Origin: an uncultured bacterium | GTDB taxonomy: Bacteria > Abyssobacteria > SURF-5 | Reading direction: 5' to 3' | Length of the DNA: 62,638 bases | Assembly: GCA_964607485.1 (NCBI GenBank) | Contig: CAZSKP010000002.1 | Location: 146,620 to 209,257, forward strand | In this document: piece by piece, positions 28,120 through 37,474 of the stretch | Layout of the letters: each line of letters begins with the position of its first letter | Position numbering within the stretch: the first letter of the stretch is position 1 | The notes under the pieces: model-generated | Seen by the model: only the letters and a program-made list of their open reading frames with translations | What the model was told of the DNA's origin: nothing | Databases searched by the model: none | Made by a program: the position numbers and the translations under genes

Positions 28120-28374
28120 ATGACTGAACCAAAACAGAAGATCAAGGCGGACAGGGAAATCAACCTCAAGGGAGAGGTTTGCCCATACACATTTGTCAAA
28201 TCGAAACTGGCGATAGAGGAGATGTCGCCCGGCCAGGTGCTTCGCGTGGTCGTGGACCATGTTCCCGCAACGAGGAACGTGCCGAGAAGCATGGAGAACG
28301 AGGGAAACGAGGTCCTCGACGTCAGCAAGCTCGACGATTCCGATTGGCAGATAGTCATACGCAAGGGCGAATGA
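28120..28374 (+). CDS. tusA: TusA-family sulfurtransferase
   Basis: NLKGEVCPYTFVKSKLA...GQVLRVVVD. Confidence 0.9.
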   Translation: MTEPKQKIKADREINLKGEVCPYTFVKSKLAIEEMSPGQVLRVVVDHVPATRNVPRSMENEGNEVLDVSKLDDSDWQIVIRKGE

Positions 28375-28411
28375 CTCCCGGCCTCGGCCCGGCGCCCCGG
28401 AAACACCCCCA

Positions 28412-29212
28412 ATGTCCGATTTCAGCGAAGAAGAGATCAAGCGCTACAGCCGCCACATCATCCTGAAGGAAGTCGGCGGCAAAGGCCAGAAGAAGCTCCG
28501 CAAGGCGCGGGTGCTCATCGTGGGAGCGGGCGGACTGGGGTCGCCCGCTGCGTACTATCTCGCCGCCGCCGGAGTCGGCACGCTGGGGATCGTGGACAGC
28601 GACGTGGTGGAGATAAGCAACCTCCAGAGGCAGATACTCTATCGGACAGGCGACATCAACAAGCAAAAGACCGACGCGGCCGCCGACCGCATCCGGGAGC
28701 TCAATCCGGGAGTCGATGTAACGAAGCATCCGCTGAGGCTGAGCAGGGACAACGTCGAGCGAATCGTCCGCGACTACGATGTCGTAATCGACGGCGTGGA
28801 CAACTTCGCGGCGCGATACTTGCTCCACGACGCGTGCTTCTTCGGGAACAAGCCGCTCGTCGAGGCGGGCGTGCTTCAGTTTCTCGGCCAGATGATGACG
28901 ATTGTGCCCCGTGAGGGGCCGTGCTACCGATGCGTGTTTCCCAAGCCCCCGCCGCCTGGCGCGGTGCCGAGCTGTCAGGAAGCCGGCATACTGGGAGCCG
29001 TCGCGGGGGTGCTGGGCATCATGCAGGCGACCGAGGCGGTGAAGCTGATTCTGGGAATAGGGAAACCGCTCGTCGGCCGCATCATGATCTACGAGGCACT
29101 GTCGGGGTCGTTCAGAGAGGTCAAGCTCGGACGCAACCCGAAATGTCCGCTGTGCGGCGACGAGCCGTCGATAACCGAACTCATCGAGTATCCGCTCGAA
29201 TGCGAAGTCTGA
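28412..29212 (+). CDS. moeB: MoeB/ThiF E1-like adenylyltransferase (copy 2)
   Basis: Same motif set as copy 1, including identical IKRYSRHIILKEVGGKGQKKL. Confidence 0.9.
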   Translation: MSDFSEEEIKRYSRHIILKEVGGKGQKKLRKARVLIVGAGGLGSPAAYYLAAAGVGTLGIVDSDVVEISNLQRQILYRTGDINKQKTDAAADRIRELNPGVDVTKHPLRLSRDNVERIVRDYDVVIDGVDNFAARYLLHDACFFGNKPLVEAGVLQFLGQMMTIVPREGPCYRCVFPKPPPPGAVPSCQEAGILGAVAGVLGIMQATEAVKLILGIGKPLVGRIMIYEALSGSFREVKLGRNPKCPLCGDEPSITELIEYPLECEV

Positions 29213-29245
29213 CGAGCGCTCGTTCTTTTCATGGCAGGATAGAAA

Positions 29246-30271
29246 ATGGATGTGGAAGGGAAAAAGAAACCTAAGGCGATAGCTCTCCTGTCCGGGGGTC
29301 TGGACAGCACGCTCGCCGTGAGCATGATGCTCGACCTCGGCGTCGATGTCGAGGCGCTGCACTTCATGACGATTTTCTGCAACTGCGGCGGCTCCCGAAA
29401 GCAGGAAGGGTGCGGCAGCGAGGCCCGCCGGATGAGCGAGCTTCTGGGCGCCAGGCTCAAGGTGTTCAACGTCACGCCCGAGTACATCGAAGTCATAAAG
29501 CATCCCAAGCACGGCCGCGGCTCGAGCATGAACCCGTGCATCGACTGCCGCATCTTCATGTTTCGCAAGGCGAAGGAGTATATGCTCGAGAGCGGCGCGG
29601 ATTTCATCGTCACCGGCGAGGTACTGGGCCAGAGGCCGATGTCGCAGCACCTGCGCGCCATGAGTCTGATAGAACGCGAGAGCGGGCTGGAGGGGCTCGT
29701 CGTGAGGCCGCTGTGCGCGAAGGCGCTTCCGCCGAGCATCCCCGAGAAAGAGGGCGTCATCGACCGCGAGAGGCTGCTGGACATAAAAGGAAGAAGCCGA
29801 AAGCCGCAGATGCAGCTCGCGGCCGAGAAGGGCATTACCGAATACGCCTGCCCCGCCGGCGGGTGCCTGCTCACCGACAAGTCATTCGGCCGGCGGCTCA
29901 AGGACCTGATGGAGCACGACCCCGACGCCGGAATGGCGGAGATGAGACTGCTGAAGTACGGCCGCCACTTCCGTCTCCCCGACGGCATGAAGATAATCGT
30001 CGGACGCGATGAATCGGAGAACGCGAAGCTCGAACAGCTTGGGAAAGACCGCTGCAAGTTCCAGGTGATCGACACTCTGGGGGCGGTCACGCTGGCGCCT
30101 CGGGGATTGTCCGAAGAGAAAAAGAGGTTGGTCGCCTCAATCACGGCTCGCTACAGCCAGGGCAGGGAGAAACCCACTCTCCTCATTCGGCATCGCGAGG
30201 ACGGCGAAGAGGGCCTGTCGGAAGTCGCGCCGATGAGCGACGAGGAACTGGCCCGGTGGCGGATCGAGTAG
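29246..30271 (+). CDS. PP-loop tRNA thiouridylase-like protein (ThiI/MnmA-like, no THUMP domain)
   Basis: LSGGLDS, NPCIDCR, TGEVLGQRPMSQ, PAGGCLLT, GRHFR...IVGRDESEN. Confidence 0.82.
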   Translation: MDVEGKKKPKAIALLSGGLDSTLAVSMMLDLGVDVEALHFMTIFCNCGGSRKQEGCGSEARRMSELLGARLKVFNVTPEYIEVIKHPKHGRGSSMNPCIDCRIFMFRKAKEYMLESGADFIVTGEVLGQRPMSQHLRAMSLIERESGLEGLVVRPLCAKALPPSIPEKEGVIDRERLLDIKGRSRKPQMQLAAEKGITEYACPAGGCLLTDKSFGRRLKDLMEHDPDAGMAEMRLLKYGRHFRLPDGMKIIVGRDESENAKLEQLGKDRCKFQVIDTLGAVTLAPRGLSEEKKRLVASITARYSQGREKPTLLIRHREDGEEGLSEVAPMSDEELARWRIE

Positions 30272-30434
30272 CCGTCGCTCCCTCGAAACGATTCCCGCCG
30301 CAACCCGGCAAATAGAAATCCCCGCTCGAAGGGAATAGAAACAATTCCGCTTCCTCGGGGACGGGGAAACATTCCGGATCACGCCTCTCCGCGGCACATG
30401 GCTCCCGGCGCGTTGCGCGCGCCGGGCATTCACA

Positions 30435-30977
30435 TCAAATCTGCGGAGGGGTGACCACGCTTATGATCTCTGCGGCGTCCTTGCCGACGTTGCGCCACGT
30501 GTGCGGCGTACCGGCCGCCAGATACATGCTGTCGCCGGCGCCCAGCTTGTAGGTCTCGTCGCCTGCCGTGACCTCGACCCTTCCACTGAGCGCGAACAAG
30601 AACTGCTCGCCGTAGTGGACGAGCGGCTCGTCTCCCGTGACGTATCCGGACGGAGCGGTGATCTTGATGGGCTCCATCTTCTTCGTGGCGATGTTCTCGG
30701 CGAGAAATTCCGTCGAGGATTCGCCCTCGGTGTAGAACTTGCGGCCCTCACCCTTGCGAACCACCGAGGCCTGACCCCGCTCGATCGAGGTAAACAGGTC
30801 GTGGAGTTTCAACCCGAGTGAGGAGACCATCTTCATCAGGGACGTCAGCGAGGGGGAAACCGAGCCGGTCTCCACGCGCGAGATGAGAGCCTTCGAATAG
30901 CCGCATTTGTTCGACAATTCTTCCAGCGTCATCCCTTGAGACACCCTGATGCTTTTCAACTCTTTTCCGATGTTCAT
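30435..30977 (-). CDS. XRE-HTH + cupin transcriptional regulator (4th in the array)
   Basis: GYSKALISRVETGSVSPS; cupin HYGEQF...GDSMY...PHTW. Confidence 0.92.
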   Translation of the reverse strand: MNIGKELKSIRVSQGMTLEELSNKCGYSKALISRVETGSVSPSLTSLMKMVSSLGLKLHDLFTSIERGQASVVRKGEGRKFYTEGESSTEFLAENIATKKMEPIKITAPSGYVTGDEPLVHYGEQFLFALSGRVEVTAGDETYKLGAGDSMYLAAGTPHTWRNVGKDAAEIISVVTPPQI

Positions 30978-31031
30978 CGTTTCGTCATCTCCCTTTCTTA
31001 AGGTTTGTCTGTCTCGTTTCTTATTAAAACT

Positions 31032-31580
31032 TTAATAGTACGGCGGATAAGTGACCGCAAGCGAAACGGTCTTGCCCTTTCCGAGACTCCTGTATCTATG
31101 GGGAATGCTCGATTTGAAATAAATGCTGTCGCCCCGTTTGAGAACGTATCTGTTTTCCCCGACGAGAATCTCCGCCTTACCCTCGAGCACAAGCAGAAAC
31201 TCTTCACCGTTGTGCGGGTCGGCTCCCTTTCCTGAATCGGCGCCGCTTTCGAGCGAGACCAAAAGCGGCTGCATCATCTTACCGGGCTGACCGGCCGTGA
31301 GAAACTCTATCTCAAACCTTCCGTCCCGGATGGAGAATTTCTGTCGTTCTTCATTCTTCAGTATCGTCGGCTCATCGACATCGACGTTGGCGAAGATGTC
31401 GTATAATTTCAAGTCGAGAGTCTCTGAGATCTTGGTGAGAGATGCGATCGACGGCGAAACGCTGTTGTTCTCTATCCTTGATATGAGAGCCTTCGAATAG
31501 CCGCACTTCGAAGACAAATTCTCAAGCGTCATTCCTTTCGCGAGTCGTGCATGTTTAAGGACGCTGCCGATTCTTAGCAT
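31032..31580 (-). CDS. XRE-HTH + cupin transcriptional regulator (3rd in the array)
   Basis: GYSKALISRIENNSVSPS; cupin HNGEEF...GDSIYF...PHRY. Confidence 0.92.
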   Translation of the reverse strand: MLRIGSVLKHARLAKGMTLENLSSKCGYSKALISRIENNSVSPSIASLTKISETLDLKLYDIFANVDVDEPTILKNEERQKFSIRDGRFEIEFLTAGQPGKMMQPLLVSLESGADSGKGADPHNGEEFLLVLEGKAEILVGENRYVLKRGDSIYFKSSIPHRYRSLGKGKTVSLAVTYPPYY

Positions 31581-31742
31581 TTCTCCTCTCCCTCTTGAAT
31601 CCAGCCCCCGAACGGCAACCGGGCTTTTCCCCGGCGGCGCTTCCGATTTCGCGCACGCTTGACTTCTTCTCGACTACATCACGAATTCCGCTTGGGCTCG
31701 GTCCCCGGAGTATCTTGCCGGATGAATACTCTTCATCCTCTT

Positions 31743-32288
31743 TCAGGAGACGGCCGGCGTCCTGACGACCAGCGCGGACGTTCTTCCCTTCGCCGGATTC
31801 CGCCACTTGCGCGCGGCCGGCGAGACGAGGTACATGCAATCTCCTTCGCTGAGCTCCAGGGTGGTTTCACCGGCCGAAGTCTCCAACCTCCCCTTGAGCA
31901 CGTACCACCATTCCTCCCCTGTCTGGGCCCCCTTTTCTTCCCTGCTGCTGGCCCCCGACTCGAACGTCTTGATGACGGCGTCCATCTTGCTTCCTGGAGC
32001 GCCCTCACACAGGTCCTCGACCTTGATCTTGCCGCCGGCAAGCGTATGAGATTTTCGGCTGTTCTTCCTGATGACCGATGTGCGGCCCCCCTCGACGGCG
32101 GCGAACAACTCGTGCAGCTTGATTTCGAGCACCGACGTGATCTTTCCCAAGGAACCGATCGAGGGAGAGACCGAATCGTTCTCGATGCGTGAGATCAGCG
32201 CCTTCGAGTATCCCGTCCTCTGGGCCACATCCTGGAGCGTCATCTTCTTTTCCAGCCTCAGCTTCTTCAGTTTTTCACCAAGGGTCAT
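31743..32288 (-). CDS. XRE-HTH + cupin transcriptional regulator (2nd in the array)
   Basis: GYSKALISRIENDSVSPS; cupin QTGEEW...GDCMY...ARKW. Confidence 0.92.
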   Translation of the reverse strand: MTLGEKLKKLRLEKKMTLQDVAQRTGYSKALISRIENDSVSPSIGSLGKITSVLEIKLHELFAAVEGGRTSVIRKNSRKSHTLAGGKIKVEDLCEGAPGSKMDAVIKTFESGASSREEKGAQTGEEWWYVLKGRLETSAGETTLELSEGDCMYLVSPAARKWRNPAKGRTSALVVRTPAVS

Positions 32289-32443
32289 ATATCTCCTCCG
32301 CTCTTTGCCTCTCCTTCCCCTGTGCCGCTCATGGGTGAACTATTTCGAGAATGCCCTTTATCATTGCCGAAGTCGAAAAAATGCTTCACCCTTCATCCGC
32401 CCTCAGAGGCTTTCACCGGCGATTCTCAGAGCCGGCGAGCCCT

Positions 32444-32995
32444 TTACGGGCGGGGCGGGGTGACGACGCAGAAGGCAACGGATTTTGCCCTGCCGATGCT
32501 CCGGAAACTGTGCGGAACGGATGTCTTGAAATACGCGCAATCACCCTCATCGAGGATGTGCTTCTTGTCTCCGAGCGTGAGCTCCATCCGGCCCTTGAGC
32601 TGCATGGTCCAAATCTCGCCGTTTTGCCCGCCGAGTTTGCTCCCCGTGGTCGCTCCCCGTTCGACGGTGATAAGCAGCGGCTCTATCTTCTTTTCTTCCG
32701 ACTGAACCGTCAGGAATTCGACCTCCACCTTGCCGCCGTCCATCTTCACCCTCTTGCGGTCGGCTTTGTGAACCAGCGTCGGCTCTGCATCCTTCGCGGG
32801 AAGGAACAGGTCGTGGGGTTTCACGTCCAGGGCCGATGCAATCTTCAGCAGAGAGTTTATCGACGGAGACACGTTCCCGTTCTCGATGCGGGAGATGAGG
32901 GCCTTCGAATAACCGGATTTGGCGGCCACGTCCTTGAGGGTATACCCTTTTTCAAGCCGCACTTTCTTCAGACGTTCTCCAATGTTTACATCCAT
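32444..32995 (-). CDS. XRE-HTH + cupin transcriptional regulator (1st in the array)
   Basis: GYSKALISRIENGNVSPS; cupin QNGEIW...GDCAYF...PHSF. Confidence 0.92.
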   Translation of the reverse strand: MDVNIGERLKKVRLEKGYTLKDVAAKSGYSKALISRIENGNVSPSINSLLKIASALDVKPHDLFLPAKDAEPTLVHKADRKRVKMDGGKVEVEFLTVQSEEKKIEPLLITVERGATTGSKLGGQNGEIWTMQLKGRMELTLGDKKHILDEGDCAYFKTSVPHSFRSIGRAKSVAFCVVTPPRP

Positions 32996-33432
32996 CTCTT
33001 CTCTCCCTTTTCCAAATAGATGCTACTCAAACTTCGTCTGGATACCTCGCTTCAACTTTCCGCGGACAACCGCCGGCGACTATGTGCGCACGGGCTCGCT
33101 CCTCGGGCACGATCTCTTGCCCCGCGCGTCTCCTGCGTCAGATAAAAAACAATCCCGACGGCCTTCGTGCGCACCATCTGTTTGTTGTTGCTTCAATGGT
33201 GATTCGAGGGCTGGGGACGGGAGACTGAAAATCAACCCCTACGATTGTCTGCAAGACATCGCCCAAGCGCACAGAGCATCACTTCGATTCGGCGCTTGCG
33301 CTGTGACGTCGCCAACGCTTATCCATCTTTATGCATCGGTTTTACGCACCTCAAAAACACATTACACAAGGTGCATTTCGACCGTACTTGTCACAGAAAG
33401 ACGAAGTATCATTCACGTAACTATCTTCATTA

Positions 33433-33461
33433 AACCTAACACACAAAAAAGGTTTTGTCAA
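33433..33461 (-). promoter_or_regulatory. Probable promoter of the XRE-cupin array
   Basis: TTGACA-17-TAGGTT with extended TG, about 430 bp upstream of the first gene. Confidence 0.5.
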
Positions 33462-33485
33462 CTAAAAGTTGCTTGTGTGTAGAAG

Positions 33486-34796
33486 TTAACTCTGACGCAA
33501 CCGCTCCCTCGCGCCCGGCGGCTTTGCCAGCAGGACCAGCACCGAGGCGACTGCAAACACGCACATCAGCGTGACGAATACGCCTGCGTATGACTTACCC
33601 GCACTTTCGTATATCTTGGCGGCGCCCACCTGTCCGATGGCCGCTCCGAGGGTGAACGGAATGCCCATGATGCCCAGCAGCTTGCTGAACGAGAGCAACC
33701 CAAAATTCTCGGCCAAAAGCAGCGGATACACGACCGCGCTTCCGCCCATGCCCATCCCGTATAGAAAGACGAACACATACAGGACGGCCATGCTGTCCAG
33801 CTTGAACAGCACGAGGGCCGAAACGATCAGCGTCGCATATTGAGCGACCATGACGTATCGCTTCGAGAACTGCTCGGCCACGTACCCGCCCAGAAAACGA
33901 CCGGCAATGCTCGCGACGAGAAAGTAGCTTATCGCGCGTGAGCCGATCAGTTTCGCGGCCTCCGGCCCTATCTTCGCGCCGAACGAGGAGGCGGTGACCA
34001 TCGCCACCATGTGCGCCGTCACGATCGATGTTCCCATTATCATAAAGAAATTGACGAAGAAAAGATGCCAGAACGAAGCCGTGCGCACCGCCTGAGGAAC
34101 CGTGAGCCCCGGAAGCTCATCAACATCGACGGCCGCGGCGCCCGCCGTGACGGAGGCCGAAGGGTCGGGCGCGGGCGGCTTCGCCTCTCCGTCGGGCAGC
34201 AGGCCCATCGACTCGGGCGAGCGACGGATGACGAAGATGGCGAGCGGCACGATCACCGCCGGTATGACGATTGCGAATGTGACGTATGCGCCCTGCCAGC
34301 GGAATCTCCCGATCAGCTCGTGCGCGAGCGGCGCCCAGACGATTCCGCCGCATGCGATGCCGATCATCATCAGGCCCATCGCCCTGCCGCGCTTCTTGAC
34401 AAACCAGTGGGAAACGAGCGTCTGGTTGGGAATCAGCGTGGTCGCCGAGAGGCCGGTTCCCAAGAGGAATCCGAGCGCGTACAGATGCCATACCTCTGTG
34501 GACCTGCTCAACATGAAGTAGGCGAAGCCCGTCAGCACGGCCCCCAGACCGATGACCTTCCTCGGGCCCCACGCGTGATAGAGTATGCCAATAAACGGGG
34601 TGACAAAGCCCGCCGTCAGCGCCATCAGGGAGTTGACGCCCGTTATCGCCGTCCGGGAGGCCCCGAAGGCGTTTTCGAGCGGGATCATGAATACCGAAAA
34701 CGTATAGAAACCGATTCCGGTCGTCAGGAACAGCGTCACAAAAGACGCGGCTACGATGAACCATCCGTAATAAACCGCTTCGCTCCTGCTCTGCAT
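33486..34796 (-). CDS. MFS transporter
   Basis: About 12 TM helices, YYGWFIV start, WGPRKV and HWFVKKRGRAMG; GGGGGAG RBS before ATG 34796. Confidence 0.9.
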   Translation of the reverse strand: MQSRSEAVYYGWFIVAASFVTLFLTTGIGFYTFSVFMIPLENAFGASRTAITGVNSLMALTAGFVTPFIGILYHAWGPRKVIGLGAVLTGFAYFMLSRSTEVWHLYALGFLLGTGLSATTLIPNQTLVSHWFVKKRGRAMGLMMIGIACGGIVWAPLAHELIGRFRWQGAYVTFAIVIPAVIVPLAIFVIRRSPESMGLLPDGEAKPPAPDPSASVTAGAAAVDVDELPGLTVPQAVRTASFWHLFFVNFFMIMGTSIVTAHMVAMVTASSFGAKIGPEAAKLIGSRAISYFLVASIAGRFLGGYVAEQFSKRYVMVAQYATLIVSALVLFKLDSMAVLYVFVFLYGMGMGGSAVVYPLLLAENFGLLSFSKLLGIMGIPFTLGAAIGQVGAAKIYESAGKSYAGVFVTLMCVFAVASVLVLLAKPPGARERLRQS

Positions 34797-35005
34797 CACT
34801 CCCCCGTTTTCCGCATCGTTGAAGGACACGTCCTTCGCGCAGTGACAGAGCCGAAACCCGCTAAATGTTACAGGAAAGCCCCCGGATAGTCAACACGAAA
34901 CCGCTCGGGTATATGGCTCAGTGCTTTCCTTCGCTTGTGGGCGCCGTCCTGTTGGTATATAATGCCGGGCGATATCGGCACATCTCGGCCGCACGGAAGG
35001 ATTCC

Positions 35006-36202
35006 ATGGAGAAGCGGGCCTCAAGAACCGGTCGCAGTGGAAGCGCATGGCGGGTTGGCGTCGTCGTCGCGGCGAGCGTCGTCGTCTATGTCGCCCTTCT
35101 CCTTTACCAAATCGCGCCTTATGACTACAACCCGAGCAGCCTGTTGAGAATAGGCGCCGCGAACCCTTATTTCGACCCCTCCGCGCTCGAACCCAACCTC
35201 GTCGTGTTCGACGACCCAAAGTCCGGCGGCGACGGCTACGACGGCCAGTTCTATTACTACATGATCAAGGACCTCCTGATGGGAGAGAAAGGGGTTCCCA
35301 ACCCCTTCCGCTTCCAGCGGATTCTCTACCCCCTCGCGGCCTACGCATTTGCTTTGGGCCGCGCCGAACTGCTCCCGCTGTCGATGCCGGCGGTGAATCT
35401 TCTGGCGATTGCGCTCAGCGCGTTGTTACTCTGGAGACTGGTCCGGGACACGTCGCTGTGGGCCGAATATCTCCTGCTGTACACGCTGAATATCGGGTTC
35501 CTCATAGCGTTCTTCTACGACGTGGCGACCCCCCTGTGCATCGGTTTGCTCGTGGCCGCCGCATATTTCTATTGCCGAGAAAGGTGGTGGCTCGCCTCGG
35601 CGATGCTGGCGCTGTCGCTGCTCGCGCAGGAAAACGGGTCGATAGTGCTCGCGGCGCTCTGCGCGTGGCTTGCATGGAAGAGGAACTGGCGGGGCGCCTT
35701 CACGCTCGCGGCGGCCGTCGTGCCGTGGGCGCTGTGGCAGGTTGTTCTGTGGCGCAGCTACGGCTATGTGCCCGCGTTGATGTCGGGCCGGCATCTGTCG
35801 CTGCCGTTCGTCGGGATGGCATCCCAACTCGCCTCGTTCAGCCTGCCGGGCGGATGGATAGGAAACCTGCGCGAGTTGAGCGTGTACCCGTTCATGCTGT
35901 TTGTGCTTCTCCTGCTCGTCGTGAGCGCGTTCGCGATGAGGAAGAGGCCGAGCGACTTCATGCTCGTCCTTCTCCTCCATGCGGTCGCGGGCATCTGCTT
36001 CAATAAAGAGCAGATCTGGGGCTCCACGATCACCTCTCCCGGGAGGGCGCTCGCAGGAGTGTTTCCCTTTCTCGTGCTCTGCTACTCACGCGAGCGTTCG
36101 AGAGGGATGCAAGCGCTGCTCATACTGAGCGCGATTCTCACGCTGATGGGAATCGCCCGCATTCTCCTGATGCCTCCCCACCCGTTCTACGTGACCCAAT
36201 GA
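35006..36202 (+). CDS. Polytopic membrane protein, GT-C-like (cell-surface glycopolymer family)
   Basis: GYDGQFYY...RILYP loop after TM1 followed by many TM helices. Confidence 0.65.
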   Translation: MEKRASRTGRSGSAWRVGVVVAASVVVYVALLLYQIAPYDYNPSSLLRIGAANPYFDPSALEPNLVVFDDPKSGGDGYDGQFYYYMIKDLLMGEKGVPNPFRFQRILYPLAAYAFALGRAELLPLSMPAVNLLAIALSALLLWRLVRDTSLWAEYLLLYTLNIGFLIAFFYDVATPLCIGLLVAAAYFYCRERWWLASAMLALSLLAQENGSIVLAALCAWLAWKRNWRGAFTLAAAVVPWALWQVVLWRSYGYVPALMSGRHLSLPFVGMASQLASFSLPGGWIGNLRELSVYPFMLFVLLLLVVSAFAMRKRPSDFMLVLLLHAVAGICFNKEQIWGSTITSPGRALAGVFPFLVLCYSRERSRGMQALLILSAILTLMGIARILLMPPHPFYVTQ

Positions 36203-36247
36203 CCTTCCGCCTTCGTGCGGAAGCGGCGGGATGCCGCGTTGTGACCG

Positions 36248-37474
36248 CTACCCCGAAGTCACACTTCTCGTCCGGGCCCGGGCGAAGGACACCGTCTGCA
36301 CGTAGATCAGCAGCAACAGCAGCGCATTGGCGATGAAGAGGAACCCGTAGTAGCCATAGGATTGCCAATTTCCGACCAGATTGAAGAAGACGGAACTCGC
36401 CAGGACCATCGAAGGCAGGAGCAGCAAAACCCTTTTCAGGAGCTTGGGCGCAACGCTCTTGTCCCTTTCTAAACCAAAGTCTGCGAATACCTGACAAAAC
36501 GGCAAATAGACAAAATAGTGGGGCCAGGATGTCTCGATAATGAACGGCAGCGACACGAACAGCAGCGCGAACGCCCAATAAATCTCGTCCTCCGGACGGA
36601 TACGCGTCAAACCGTAGAGAGCAAGAATGTTCATCCCGAAGATGAGGTAGCCGACCGTTCGGAGAACCGTCCTGTCGATCGGCCCGCCCCCGACGTGCAC
36701 CAACCTGGAGATGACGCTCGCGAAATACTGCGAGTTGCTGTCTTCCAACACCCACGTCCTCCGGATGTTGGCGATGTTCTGGATGACGAGCCGGTTAAAC
36801 GTGATGGCGCCGTCCACTCCCATCACGAGAAACGGGATGAGAACCAGGAACACAAGCGTCCAGACCAGAAAAGTCGCGACAAATCGAAGGTCCTTTCTCA
36901 GGATGAAATATATCGCGAATATTCCGATGTAATACTTCACAGCGACGCCGAGCGCCAAAAGGAAGGCGGCCAAAAACTTCCGGTCGTTCCGGTACAAGTA
37001 GAGGGTCCCCAACACGCACAACGTCATGAAGACACTGATCTGTCCCCATTTGAAATTGTGCAGAACCGGAAACGAGCATGCGAACAACAGAAGATACAGG
37101 TAATAATGCGGCTTCGACCTCCGAAAGAAGATGATCGCCGGGACCAGGAACAGGAGGAATGTCGTCACTATCTCGAATGCCCCCCAGAGCCAGAGGGACG
37201 TGTGCGGAGACAACATCCCGTAGAGACCAAGGAAACAGGCGAAGAACGAAGAATAGACATAGTGCGGCTCGGGAATGGCAGAGGCGAAAACCGCTCTGCC
37301 CGTCGGATAGTAGTGGTTCACGAAATCGCAGAACAGCAGGTCGCAGTGGTCGATGGCCGTCACAAAATCGCCCATGCTTTTCCATGAGTTTACATAATAG
37401 AAAAACACGGCTGCGATGATAGCCGCGGAAATCGCCGCCGGCTCCAGATACTTTCTGACCGCACTTCCTTTCAT
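36248..37474 (-). CDS. GT87/DUF2029-like membrane glycosyltransferase
   Basis: DF..HYY, YVY, NFKWGQIS, LALGVAVKYY, NSQ, SWPHY; multi-TM. Confidence 0.75.
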   Translation of the reverse strand: MKGSAVRKYLEPAAISAAIIAAVFFYYVNSWKSMGDFVTAIDHCDLLFCDFVNHYYPTGRAVFASAIPEPHYVYSSFFACFLGLYGMLSPHTSLWLWGAFEIVTTFLLFLVPAIIFFRRSKPHYYLYLLLFACSFPVLHNFKWGQISVFMTLCVLGTLYLYRNDRKFLAAFLLALGVAVKYYIGIFAIYFILRKDLRFVATFLVWTLVFLVLIPFLVMGVDGAITFNRLVIQNIANIRRTWVLEDSNSQYFASVISRLVHVGGGPIDRTVLRTVGYLIFGMNILALYGLTRIRPEDEIYWAFALLFVSLPFIIETSWPHYFVYLPFCQVFADFGLERDKSVAPKLLKRVLLLLPSMVLASSVFFNLVGNWQSYGYYGFLFIANALLLLLIYVQTVSFARARTRSVTSG

